DNA from: Dehalococcoidia bacterium
Lineage (GTDB): Bacteria > Chloroflexota > Dehalococcoidia > UBA2979
Assembly: GCA_964291495.2 (NCBI GenBank)
Contig: OZ219871.1
Coordinates: 736,001-800,000 of the forward strand
Direction of reading: 5' to 3'
Length of the DNA: 64,000 nt
The notes beneath the pieces were generated by a model. It was given only the letters and a program-made list of their open reading frames with translations. It was not told the DNA's origin and searched no databases. Below are positions 38,302 through 49,479 of this stretch, one piece after another (the stretch's first letter is position 1; each line of letters begins with the position of its first letter). The position numbers and the translations under genes are program-made.

Positions 38302-39099
38302 TCAACTCCCGCCGGTGCCGATCGGCAGGCAGATCATCCGACCGGACTCGGGGTTGGTGAAGATCCTCGCTGCCACCCCGAACACGGCCCGCATCAGCTC
38401 GACGGTAAGCACCTCCGAGGGCGCGCCGTCCGCCACGATCCGGCCGCCGTCCACGACGACGACCCGGTCCGCGTAGTTCGCCGCGTGCACGAGGTCGTGG
38501 AGCACCATGACGACGGTCATGCCGCGGCTCGCGCAGAGGGACGCAACGAGGTCGAGCACCTCGAACTGGTGCCGGACATCGAGGAACGTCGTGGGCTCGT
38601 CCAGGAGCAGGGTGCTGGCGCCCTGCGCGAGCGCGAGCGCGACCCACGCGCGCTGGCGTTCGCCCCCCGAGAGCTCGTCGATGGGACGCTCCGCGAAGTC
38701 GCTCAACCCCGTGAGCGTGAGCGCTGATTCCACCGCGAGTGCGCCCTCGGCGCCGAGTCGTCCGAACAGCCCGGTATGGGGGAAGCGGCCCAACTCGACC
38801 AACTCGCGAACCGTCAGCCCCGGTGGGCTCGATGGCGATTGGGGAAGGACGGATAGCAGGCGGGCGATATCGCGAGATCCGAAGCTCCGGATGTCCTCTC
38901 CAGCGAGGAGTACGACGCCGCTCCGCGCCGGAAGCAGCCGGGCCATCGCCCGGATCACCGTGGACTTCCCCGACCCGTTCGGTCCGACGATGGCGGTGAG
39001 GGTGCCCTGTTGCAGTCCCAGGTCGAGGCCGTCGAGCACCATCCGCTGCCCGTAGCCGGCGCTGACCTCTGCCAGTCTGAGGGGGTCGACTTCGTTCAT
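38302..39099 (-). CDS. Metallophore/iron-complex ABC ATPase (FecE/FhuC-like)
   Basis: GPNGSGKST, LSGGERQRAW, LLDEPTTFLD, VLHDL. Confidence 0.92.
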   Translation of the reverse strand: MNEVDPLRLAEVSAGYGQRMVLDGLDLGLQQGTLTAIVGPNGSGKSTVIRAMARLLPARSGVVLLAGEDIRSFGSRDIARLLSVLPQSPSSPPGLTVRELVELGRFPHTGLFGRLGAEGALAVESALTLTGLSDFAERPIDELSGGERQRAWVALALAQGASTLLLDEPTTFLDVRHQFEVLDLVASLCASRGMTVVMVLHDLVHAANYADRVVVVDGGRIVADGAPSEVLTVELMRAVFGVAARIFTNPESGRMICLPIGTGGS

Positions 39100-40121
39100 C
39101 TGATGCTCCTCCGAAGAAGGACGATGAGTAGCGGCGCCCCGAACAGGGCCAACACGGCTCCGACGGGGAGGCCTACGCGATACGACGAGGAGGGGATTGG
39201 CGGCCTGATGGAAAGCGATTGGGCAACGAGGTCGGCCGCCAGCAGGAGCACGCAGCCGATGAGGGCGGACAGGGGCAAGACGCGGCGGGCGTCGGCGCCG
39301 GCGATAGCCCTCGCGGCGTTCGGGGCCATGAGGCCCACGAACGGGATGGCTCCCGAGACACTCACAGCCCCGGCAGCCAGTACGGCGGCCAGCCCGAAGA
39401 GCGCGACTCGAGCGGGCTGCAACGGGAGGCCGAGCGCGCGGCCGGACTCGTCGTCAAGCTGGAGCACGTTCGCTGCCCGTGCAGCCAGCAGCCCCGCCGG
39501 GATGCCGACGGCAGCCCACGGCAATGCAAGCCAGACGTCATCCCAGACGCGGCCGTTCAGCGAGCCGATGAGCCAGGCGAGGATGCTGCCAAGCGCCTGC
39601 TGAGAGCGCAGCATGACGATCGAAGTCAACGATCCAAGAATCGCGTTGACGATGACTGCCGTGAGGATCAGTCGCAGTGGATCAATGCGTCCGCGCACCG
39701 AACTCGTGAAGAGCACCAGAATCCCGCCCCCCAGGGCGCCCGCGAGCACGATGAACGGAAGCAGCCGCCCGGGTGGCGGCAGTCCCCACATGCCCGCGAG
39801 GAAGAGGACCGCAGCGAGGATTCCCCCCGCCGAGACCCCGGTGAGTCCGGGCTCGGCGAGACGGTTGCGCATGACGACCTGCAGCAATGCCCCCGAAAGA
39901 CCCAGCATGCAGCCCACCAGGAGCCCGAGAATCGCTCGAGGCAGCCGCAGCTCACGGACGATGGTCAGATCCGTGGGGTTCGTCGATCGATCCATCAGGG
40001 CGAGAACGACACGATCCGGTGGGATCCAGACCGTGCCCAGTCCCAGGTGGAGGATGAAGAGCACGGCAGCCGCGATGCTCGCGAGCAGCGTCAGAAACAC
40101 AAACGAACGCGCGGATGTCAC
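39096..40121 (-). CDS. FecCD-family permease
   Basis: LRLPR, RNRLAEPG, IPFVGLMAP, PVGAV. Confidence 0.92.
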   Translation of the reverse strand: MTSARSFVFLTLLASIAAAVLFILHLGLGTVWIPPDRVVLALMDRSTNPTDLTIVRELRLPRAILGLLVGCMLGLSGALLQVVMRNRLAEPGLTGVSAGGILAAVLFLAGMWGLPPPGRLLPFIVLAGALGGGILVLFTSSVRGRIDPLRLILTAVIVNAILGSLTSIVMLRSQQALGSILAWLIGSLNGRVWDDVWLALPWAAVGIPAGLLAARAANVLQLDDESGRALGLPLQPARVALFGLAAVLAAGAVSVSGAIPFVGLMAPNAARAIAGADARRVLPLSALIGCVLLLAADLVAQSLSIRPPIPSSSYRVGLPVGAVLALFGAPLLIVLLRRSIR

Positions 40122-40122
40122 G

Positions 40123-41148
40123 TTAGCGGTTCAGCCCGAGGTTTGTACGGCGAAGGAGCAGGAGGATCATCGGGGCGGCCAGGAGGGTCGTGCACAGCCC
40201 CACAGGGACCTCTCGCGGATAGAGCACGACCTTGGAGAGCACGTCGGCCGCCAGTAGCAGGAGCGCTCCGATCGCCGTGGTGACCGGAAAGAGAATCCTC
40301 GCGTCCGGCCGTGCGACGATCAGGCGAGCGATGTGCGGCGTGAGCAGCCCAACCCAGGCGATGGGCCCGGCGACGGCCACAATGCTCCCGACGAGCAACG
40401 CGGCCAGTGCGATGAAGACGAGGCGCATGCGCTTCGCCTGCATCCCCAGCGACGAGGCGACATCCTCGTGCAGTTGCAGCACATTGGCGCCTCGAGCGAG
40501 GAGGAACGCTGCGGGAATCCCCACAATCACCCACGGCCACACGAGCCCGACATGGTCCCATGTCCTGTTCGAGAGGTTGCCGACCGTGAAGAGGAAGTAG
40601 ACCTGCACCGCACCCGATGAGGCCGCGAGACTGATCACCGCGAGGATGATCCCCTGGAGGAGCGCCGCAACCGCGACGCCGATCAGCGCGGCTTCCACCG
40701 GTGTTCGCGCCCCCCGCGATGCCGCGAGGACGATCAGGCCGCCGCCGAGGCCCCCGGCAAGCGCCACGACGGGATGAAGTGCGAACAGGATCGGTGCGTT
40801 CAGCAGCAGGATCACCGCCATCGCCAGCGATGCGCCCGCCGACACGCCGAGCAGCTCCGGCGAGGCAAGCGGATTCCTGAGCACGAACTGCAGGATGGCC
40901 CCGGCGAGCCCGAGCGCCGCGCCGGAGAACAGCGCCAGGATCAGTCGCGGCACTCGCAGCTCACGGACCACGAGCCGATCGATCCGGTCGCCGGACTCGC
41001 CCGTCAGGATCCCGGGAAGATGCCCGGGCGCCACCATCGGCTCACCCGTGCTCAGGTGGGCCACGGCGAGGCCGGCGAGCGCCGCGACGATCGCTCCGGC
41101 GACGAGTACCCGGGGCCAGCCCGGAGCCGCGACCCGGGCTGCACTCAA
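40123..41148 (-). CDS. FecCD-family permease
   Basis: LRVPR, RNPLASPELLGVSAGA, VGLLTPH, EVPVG. Confidence 0.92.
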   Translation of the reverse strand: MSAARVAAPGWPRVLVAGAIVAALAGLAVAHLSTGEPMVAPGHLPGILTGESGDRIDRLVVRELRVPRLILALFSGAALGLAGAILQFVLRNPLASPELLGVSAGASLAMAVILLLNAPILFALHPVVALAGGLGGGLIVLAASRGARTPVEAALIGVAVAALLQGIILAVISLAASSGAVQVYFLFTVGNLSNRTWDHVGLVWPWVIVGIPAAFLLARGANVLQLHEDVASSLGMQAKRMRLVFIALAALLVGSIVAVAGPIAWVGLLTPHIARLIVARPDARILFPVTTAIGALLLLAADVLSKVVLYPREVPVGLCTTLLAAPMILLLLRRTNLGLNR

Positions 41149-42284
41149 GGCAGAGGCGCCGGGAATACCTCCGGGTAGATCTTCGGCATCGCCTCGTCAA
41201 GCGCGACGGTCGTGCCGCGAATGCCCCGGGACGTGCCCCAGACGAAGAAGTCCACCTCGTACACCTCGCCGTTCTGGACCGCCTTGAGCTCGCTCCAGAT
41301 CGCGTTGTCAGCGAGCTGCTCGGACACCGGCTGCGGGGGCACAGGCCCGAACCCGAACGTCTGGACGAAGATCACGTCGGGATCGATGCTCAGCAACTGC
41401 TCCACGGAGAAGCTCGGGAACTCGCCGTGGATACAGCCGGGGAAGTCCAGGCCGTACGTCGCTGCGCGACCCAGCGCATCGATGGGCGGCGTGCACAGGG
41501 TATCGGCCCCGATGTTGACATCGGACCCGAACACGACCATGACGGACCGCTTCGTGGTGACTCCCGCAACGTATTGCTCGAGCCGGGATTCGAATGCCGC
41601 CGCCGCGGCCGCGGCCTCGTCTTCCATGCCGAGGAGTGTTCCGATTTCCACGACATGCGCGAGCATCCCGTCGACGCCGATCGGGTTGACGATGAAGAGC
41701 GGGGCGATGCTCGCGAGGCCCGGGCGCAGGGCGTCATGAACGGCGGAGAGCCCGATCACGATGTCGGGTTCCGCCTGAGCGATGTCTTCCAGACTTGGCT
41801 CAAAGAACGAGCCGCCTATGGCTCCGATCTCGCTCTCGTCCGGTCCCCAGTAGTTGGCGTCCTTGTGGAGCAGGTCGTTCGCAGCGATCGGCTTGACCCC
41901 GAGCACGAACATCGTATCGACGCAGAGCCCCGTGAGGCAGACAACACGGACCGCCGGCGCCTCCAGCGTGACCGTCTCGCCTGTCGCGTCTTCGACGGTG
42001 ATGGGCTGGGCAGGCGTCGCCGCAGGGGTTGCGGCCGCAGTCGCAGTCGCAGTCGGCGAGGCGGTCGGTGTCGCGGGCGCGGCTGTTGCAGCCGCCGTCG
42101 GCGAAGCGGTCGGAGTCGCGGGTGCGGGCGTTGCAGTCGCCGCCGGCGAAGCGGCAGCGGGAGTCGTGGGCGCTGCTGTTGCAACGGGTGTGGTGCTCTC
42201 GTCGCCATCCCCGTCGCAGGCCACGGCCAGTGACAGTGCCACGGCCGCCACGAGCGTAAGCGCCATTCGTCGAAGCATCTTCAC
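41145..42284 (-). CDS. Periplasmic-binding-protein type 2 (FecB/FhuD-like) lipoprotein
   Basis: Lipobox AVAC, P/A/T linker, VEDATG, EPSLEDIAQAEPD, WSELKAVQNGEVY. Confidence 0.88.
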   Translation of the reverse strand: MKMLRRMALTLVAAVALSLAVACDGDGDESTTPVATAAPTTPAAASPAATATPAPATPTASPTAAATAAPATPTASPTATATAAATPAATPAQPITVEDATGETVTLEAPAVRVVCLTGLCVDTMFVLGVKPIAANDLLHKDANYWGPDESEIGAIGGSFFEPSLEDIAQAEPDIVIGLSAVHDALRPGLASIAPLFIVNPIGVDGMLAHVVEIGTLLGMEDEAAAAAAAFESRLEQYVAGVTTKRSVMVVFGSDVNIGADTLCTPPIDALGRAATYGLDFPGCIHGEFPSFSVEQLLSIDPDVIFVQTFGFGPVPPQPVSEQLADNAIWSELKAVQNGEVYEVDFFVWGTSRGIRGTTVALDEAMPKIYPEVFPAPLP

Positions 42285-42296
42285 GTTCTTTCCATG

Positions 42297-42343
42297 CGAT
42301 ACCTAGTCTCAGTGGCACCGTATCATATTGAGACCCTGTATCG
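42297..42343. promoter_or_regulatory. Two (plus one partial) Zur/Fur-family boxes in divergent promoter
   Basis: CGATACCTAGTCTCA (42297-42311; reverse complement TGAGACTAGGTATCG) and TGAGACCCTGTATCG (42329-42343). Confidence 0.6.
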
Positions 42344-42468
42344 TATCCGCTCGCGCCGAGCTTTCCGGCGAGCCTCCAGAAGGGCGCGGTAACGCGGATG
42401 GCGCCTGTCACGGGCCTGGGCCTGTGCCGCCACGGGCGGCGGAGGCGCGGAGACCACATGCACCACCC

Positions 42469-44201
42469 ATGATGATCCACAGGCGAATCGTGGGGCTGAC
42501 TGTTGGCGTGCGTCGGCTCCTGGCCCTCTCCATTGCGCTTGGCCTTGCCATCTCCGCGACCTGGGTCGCCCAGGGGGTGCTCGTCGCGCTGATCGTGCGG
42601 CGAATCCTCGATGGCGGTGACTGGACGGCGATCGCCGGGTTCGTCGCCGCCGTCGGCGGCCTGACCTTGCTTCGAGCGGCACTGATCTTCGCCCGCGAGG
42701 TTCTGGCGAAGCAGGTCGCAGCCGCCGTCAAGACCAGGCTGCGCGGCCGGCTGTTCGCTCAACTGCTCCTGCTTGGACCCGGCTACCTGGAGCACACGGA
42801 GACGGGCACGGTGCAGTCGGCCCTGGTCGATGGTGTCGAGGCGCTCGAGACGTATGTTGGCTACTACCTGCCCCAGGCCGTGGTGTCGGTCGTCGTTCCG
42901 ATCTGCATTGTCGGCTTCATCGTGCTTCTCGACCCGCTCATCGGCGGCGTTGTCCTGGCCTTTGCGCTGGCCGTCCCGCTGATTCCGCGAATCTGGGACC
43001 GCGTCCTGGGCGAGTACGGCCAGCGGCACTGGGCCGCGTACTCGTCGCTGGATGCCCGGTTTGTCGACTCCATGCAGGGCATGGTCACGCTGAAGGCGCT
43101 CAACGCCAGCGAACGGCGAGGGGAGGAGCTCCGCAACGCCAGCCGGGCGCTCTACCAGGCCACCATGGCGCAGCTTTCGATCTCGATGATCCGCAACGGG
43201 CTGGTCGGATTCGCGATGAGCGGCGGTGTCGCGCTCGCCGTCGCCATCGGAAGCTTCCAGGTGGCCGCCGGCGAACTGGGGATCGCCGCACTGCTGATGA
43301 TCCTCTTCCTCTCGGCCGAGTGCTTTCGGCCGCTCGTCGAACTGGATACCTACTGGCATGCCGGCTACATGGGCATCTCGGCCTCGACGGGCATCTTCGA
43401 GTTGCTCGATACCGAACCGGGGGTTGATGACGTGGCCGCCGCGCGGACCGGCGTCGCCACGGCGCCCGGCGGAGCGATCGCCCTCCACGACGTGACGTTT
43501 CGCTACTCCAACAACGCCCGCCCGGCTGTCGAGGATGTATCGCTGGAGATTCGCGAGGGCGAGACGGTCGCGATCGTCGGCGGCTCCGGCGCCGGCAAGA
43601 CCACGGTCGCATCGCTCCTGCTCCGGTTCTTTGATCCGCAGGAGGGCCGGCTGAGATTCGGCGAAACTGACTTCCGTGACATCCCCCTGGACGACCTGCG
43701 GAAGTCCATCGGCTACGTCTCCCAGGACACGTACCTGTTCTATGGGACGATCGAGGACAACCTCCGCATCGGCCGGCCCGACGCCACGCCGGAAGCGATC
43801 CGGGATGCAGCCGGGACGGCGAACATCCACGCCTTCATCCAGTCGCTTCCGGATGGCTACGAGACGATCGTCGGCGAGCGCGGCGCGAAGCTCTCGGGAG
43901 GCGAACGCCAGCGCATCGCCATCGCCCGCGCTCTCCTGAAGGATGCGCCCGTGCTCATCCTTGATGAGGCTACCTCGAACCTCGACGGCGCGAACGAGGC
44001 AGCGATCCGGGAGGCGCTTGGCTCGCTCACCCGAGGGCGGACGACCGTCGTCATCGCCCATCGCCTCTCATCGGTCGTCCACGCGGACCGCATCGTGGTC
44101 CTCGATAACGGCCGGGTCGCGGAGTCCGGCCGTCATGGGGAGCTCGTGTCGCGCGACGGCCACTACGCGCAGCTGGTTCGCGCACAGCGGGAGGGTGCGG
44201 C

Positions 44202-44205
<4 letters not shown>
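42469..44205 (+). CDS. Exporter-fold ABC half-transporter (IrtA/YbtP/CydD-like)
   Basis: TMD plus GGSGAGKTT, LSGGERQR, LDEATS. Confidence 0.88.
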
Positions 44206-46013
<1,808 letters not shown>

Positions 46014-46028
46014 GCACTTCGGGCTGTG

Positions 46029-46383
46029 CTAGCGATAGCCCGCCCGGGGTGGGTCCGGCATCGCGGCGAAGTGTCGCTCTACCCGACCTGTCAGCAGCAT
46101 CGCGGCAATCACGACAAGCCACAGCACGAAGGCGATACCGCTGATCCGGTGCACGATCGTTGCGGCATCGACCCAGATGAACTGCATCGCGATGCCGAGC
46201 GCCAGCGAACCCGGCGCAATGCGCCGGATCGCGCCGCCGGCCTTCCACTGTCGCTGCGCCGCCGCCAGCAGCGCCAGTCCCGCGGCCGCGAACCCTGCCG
46301 CGCCGGTGATCCAGCGGACGTTCGCGACCGCCTCGGTCGAGGCATCCACGACGCTGAGGGCGGCGGCCTCCGACGCAGCCGGC
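46029..46383 (-). pseudogene. 5'-truncated paralog of the membrane protein at 11640-12386
   Basis: Near-identical to ~11683-12008 (VRWITGAAGFAAAG...ERHFAAM); homology stops abruptly at ~46383. Confidence 0.85.
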
Positions 46384-46445
46384 TCAGATCCGGGTCGAGG
46401 TGCCCCCGATCGAGCCGGGAATAGCGCGAGATTCTGTCACCATTG

Positions 46446-46565
46446 CACGAACATCGGCATCACTGCTCCGGAACGACAAGATCGAGCGCGTGCCGGTGGT
46501 GGTGACGGTGGCTCTCGCGAGGCGCAGCAAGCGCGACTGAGCAAGTGGCCGGAGATTCGGTCCCG
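46446..46565 (+). repeat. Repeat family C (copy 4)
   Basis: CACGAACATCGGCATCACTGCTCCGGAACGACAAGATCGAGCGCGTGCCGGTGGTGGTGACGGTGGCTCTCGCGAGG... Confidence 0.85.
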
Positions 46566-46597
46566 CATGGTGGGCCTGGACGTACGTACTGCGGCCG

Positions 46598-48025
46598 CTA
46601 CGCCTCCTCGCCGCCCGGTGCGTCGTCCGGCGGCGCCTGGAGGTGCCAGTCCGTCGCCTGCTGATAGGCATGGCCCATGCGTACGAGTAGCGCTTCGGCG
46701 AATGGCGCCCCGACGATCTGCGCGGACAGCGGCAGCCCGAGCTCGGACGAGAACCCCGACGGCAGCGCGAGCGCGGGATACCCGAGCAGGTTGAACGGCG
46801 CCGCGTAGCTCGGCTGCGTCAGCCGCCGGTTCACGTCGGGCGGCGGGTATGCGGCCGCCGGCTCGTGGGTCATCGGCACGACGAGCACGTCGACGTCCGC
46901 CATCACGCGCGCGGCCTGCCTCGCGTACCAGCTGCGAAAGCGCTGCGCCTGGACGTAGTCGGCCGCCGAACAGAGGGCGGCGCGGCTGATCATGCCCCGC
47001 GCGCCCTTGCCGTACTCGGTCCAGCGCTCGCTCCCCATGTCCATGCGGTGGTAGGCGAAGGCCTCGCAGAGCATCGTCAGGCTGTTCGCCTCCTTCGCGA
47101 TGTCCGAGTGCGGGAGCTTCACCTCGACGATCTCCGCGCCGAGGCCGGCGAGCGTGTCGATCACCGCCTCGGTCGCCAACCGCACCTCCGCGTCGAGCTC
47201 CTCGTGGTCGAAGAAGTACTCGCGCGGGACGCCCATCCGCAGCCCCGCGACCCCGCCCTCGACGCCCGCGAGGTAGTCCTCGGTGGGTTCGGCCGACGCG
47301 GTGGGGTCGCGCGGGTCGTGGCCGGCGATGACGTTGAGGATCGCGCCGCAGTCGTAGGCCGAGCGGGCCATCGGGCCGATCGAGTCGAGCGTGTAGCCGA
47401 GGGGGACGCAGCCCCACTTCGGGACGCGGCCGTAGGTGACCTTGAGGCCGCTGTGCCCGCAGTAGGCGGCGGGGAAGCGCACGGAACCCCCGGTGTCGGT
47501 CCCGAGCCCGCCGAGCACCATGCCGGTGGAGACGGCGATGCCCGTGCCCGACGACGACCCGCCTGGACTGCGGTCCAGCCGCCACGGGTTCCGCGGGATC
47601 GGGAACGGCTTCTCCCCGTCCGGCGCGCCGAGGGCGAATTCGGAGAGCACGAGCTTGCCCATCATGACCGCGCCGGCGTCGCGGACGCGTTCGGCGACGG
47701 CCGAGTCGTAGCCCTCGCCCCATGCGCGGTCGAGGATGAGCGAGTTGGCCGTCGTCGGCTGGTCCTTCGTGGCGAGGATGTCCTTGAGCCCGAACGGGAT
47801 GCCCTGCAGTGGCCCGCGGTCCAGGCCCGCCGCGAGGTCGGCGTCGGCCTGCTCGGCCTGCTGCAGCGCGCCCGCCTCGTTGACCGCGATGAACGCGCCG
47901 AGACGCTCGTCGAGCGCGGCGATGCGCTCCAGCGCCTCTTCGGTCAGCTCGACGCTGCTCGCCTCGCCGCTGCGGAGCGCCGCGGCGGCCGATTCGATGG
48001 TGCGGGGTGTGGTCATCTCACTCAC
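46598..48025 (-). CDS. Amidase signature family enzyme (GatA/AtzE-like)
   Basis: GIPFGLKD, PGGSSSG, GTDTGGSVRFPA (Ser-cisSer-Lys triad). Confidence 0.92.
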   Translation of the reverse strand: MSEMTTPRTIESAAAALRSGEASSVELTEEALERIAALDERLGAFIAVNEAGALQQAEQADADLAAGLDRGPLQGIPFGLKDILATKDQPTTANSLILDRAWGEGYDSAVAERVRDAGAVMMGKLVLSEFALGAPDGEKPFPIPRNPWRLDRSPGGSSSGTGIAVSTGMVLGGLGTDTGGSVRFPAAYCGHSGLKVTYGRVPKWGCVPLGYTLDSIGPMARSAYDCGAILNVIAGHDPRDPTASAEPTEDYLAGVEGGVAGLRMGVPREYFFDHEELDAEVRLATEAVIDTLAGLGAEIVEVKLPHSDIAKEANSLTMLCEAFAYHRMDMGSERWTEYGKGARGMISRAALCSAADYVQAQRFRSWYARQAARVMADVDVLVVPMTHEPAAAYPPPDVNRRLTQPSYAAPFNLLGYPALALPSGFSSELGLPLSAQIVGAPFAEALLVRMGHAYQQATDWHLQAPPDDAPGGEEA

Positions 48026-48221
48026 CCTTCGCCGGCGGGACGGGCGTGAAGATCAGCGCGGGCTCCTCGTAGCGGACCTCCTCGATGTAGAGCTTGTCGA
48101 CCAGCTCGCGCAGCGTCGGATAGCCGTCGACGAGCGACTGGAACTCCTCGTCGCTGACGGGCAGTCCCGCCGCGTCGACGAGCGCGCGGACCGTCGCTTC
48201 GACGTTGTCTGGTACGGGCAT
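48018..48221 (-). CDS. Small GatC/AtzG-like amidase partner, 67 aa
   Basis: AAGLPVSDEE...EEPALIFTP; GGAGGGG RBS; overlaps the amidase start. Confidence 0.7.
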   Translation of the reverse strand: MPVPDNVEATVRALVDAAGLPVSDEEFQSLVDGYPTLRELVDKLYIEEVRYEEPALIFTPVPPAKGE

Positions 48222-48346
48222 TGGGACCCCCTCCTGTGCACGTGGCCGCAGAGCGATGCGCGCAGCATAGCGGCGCGCCCCGCGGCCCTCCCCGGATGCG
48301 TTCGTCTACTCGGTCGCGGCGCCCTCCGCCTCGTCGGCAGCGAAGA

Positions 48347-49241
48347 TCACTTCGGGGGCCGAGGCCACCATCCAGCCGCCGTTACGGGGTGGCGGCGTGC
48401 GAGGATCCCCTCCATCCGCGCGCGGATGGCGTGGTCGGCCCGGTCGGGGTGCGTGAGGATGTAGAACCTCTCGTCGCGCACGGCCGCGACGACCTGCGCC
48501 GCGACATCGGCAGGGTCCATGCCCTCCTTGAACTCGCCAGCGGCAACGGCGCCGCCCGCTGCGTCTCTCGCGGCCGTCGGCGAGCGGAGCGCTTCGCCTT
48601 CGCGGCCCGGCCGGGGCGACGCCGCCATCCGGATGCGCGTCGCCACGGGGCCCGGGCAGAGCACGGACACACCCACCGCGCTGCCGGCCAGCTGCCGCGC
48701 GAGCGTCTCCGTGAGCGCGACGACCGCGTGCTTCGTCGCCGCGTAGATGCCGTAGTGCTCACGCGTGACCAGACCCAGGTCCGAGCCGGTGTTGACCAGA
48801 TGACCCTCCTCCTGCTCGATCAGGACCGGGACGAACGTCCGGATGCCGTGCACGACGCCCCAGAGGTTCACGTCGAACAGCCAGCTGAAGGCGTCGTGCG
48901 ACTGCTCCCAGAGCCGCAGGCCGAGGCCGGCCTCGGCGGGGTCCCCGGTCGGAGTTCACGGTGACGCCGGCGTTGTTGCAGACGAGGTGGATCGCCCCGA
49001 ACGCCTCGAGCGCCTCGTCGCGCAGTCGCTCGACTGCTGCCGCGTCGCTGACGTCGGTCACGACGCCGATCACGTCGCTTCCCTGCTCACGCAGCTCGTG
49101 TACGGCGAGGTCCAGTGCGGGCTCCTCGACATCGGCGAGGACGACCCGCATGCCCTCGGCGGCACTCCGTTCGGCGATAGCGCGACCGATGCCGCTGGCG
49201 CCCCCGGTCACGACGGCCACGCGTCCCTCAAGCTCCCGCAC
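48347..49241 (-). pseudogene. Short-chain dehydrogenase split by a frameshift near 48915-48960
   Basis: TGGASGIG and NNAGV in one frame; LFDVNLWG, NTGS and YAATK in another. Confidence 0.8.
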
Positions 49242-49309
49242 GTCACCCTCCATCCGTAGCGTCACCGCGCAACCTCCAACACCCTTAACACACCCCGCGG
49301 GCACCCGGT

Positions 49310-49324
49310 GTTCATATTGCGCAA
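49310..49324. promoter_or_regulatory. Candidate IclR operator 1
   Basis: GTTCATATTGCGCAA, inside a ~47-bp block shared with 57433-57479. Confidence 0.55.
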
Positions 49325-49344
49325 TCGCGCCTCCGGCCCCTTCC

Positions 49345-49411
49345 CGTCATTCCGGCGAAAGCCGGAATCCAGGCGCGCCGGACCACCCGCGCGACCCGAG
49401 AGCCCCGAGCG
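49345..49411 (+). repeat. REP-like palindrome family B (GTCATTCCGGCGAAAGCCGGAATCCAG) plus tail
   Basis: Also at ~57549, ~61225 (reverse) and ~62263. Confidence 0.85.
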
Positions 49412-49479
49412 AAGCGCTAGGGATACTCGCGGACGACGTCGACCACCTCCCCGGAGGGAGGAGGGATGGCGCTCGCTGC

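Noticed and set aside
42285-42468. Cobalamin riboswitch upstream of the BtuF/FecB-like SBP
   Set aside because: Only an isolated GCCACTG on the minus strand; the other B12-box elements are missing and the segment is explained by the palindromic boxes.
46598-48221. gatCA of the tRNA amidotransferase
   Set aside because: No gatB nearby, and the amidase lacks GatA-specific motifs such as DEFAMGSS and the RYDG...R.EGFG.EVKRRI region.
48900-48965. Programmed ribosomal frameshift in the SDR
   Set aside because: No slippery sequence and no precedent I know of in this family; mutation or sequencing error is simpler.
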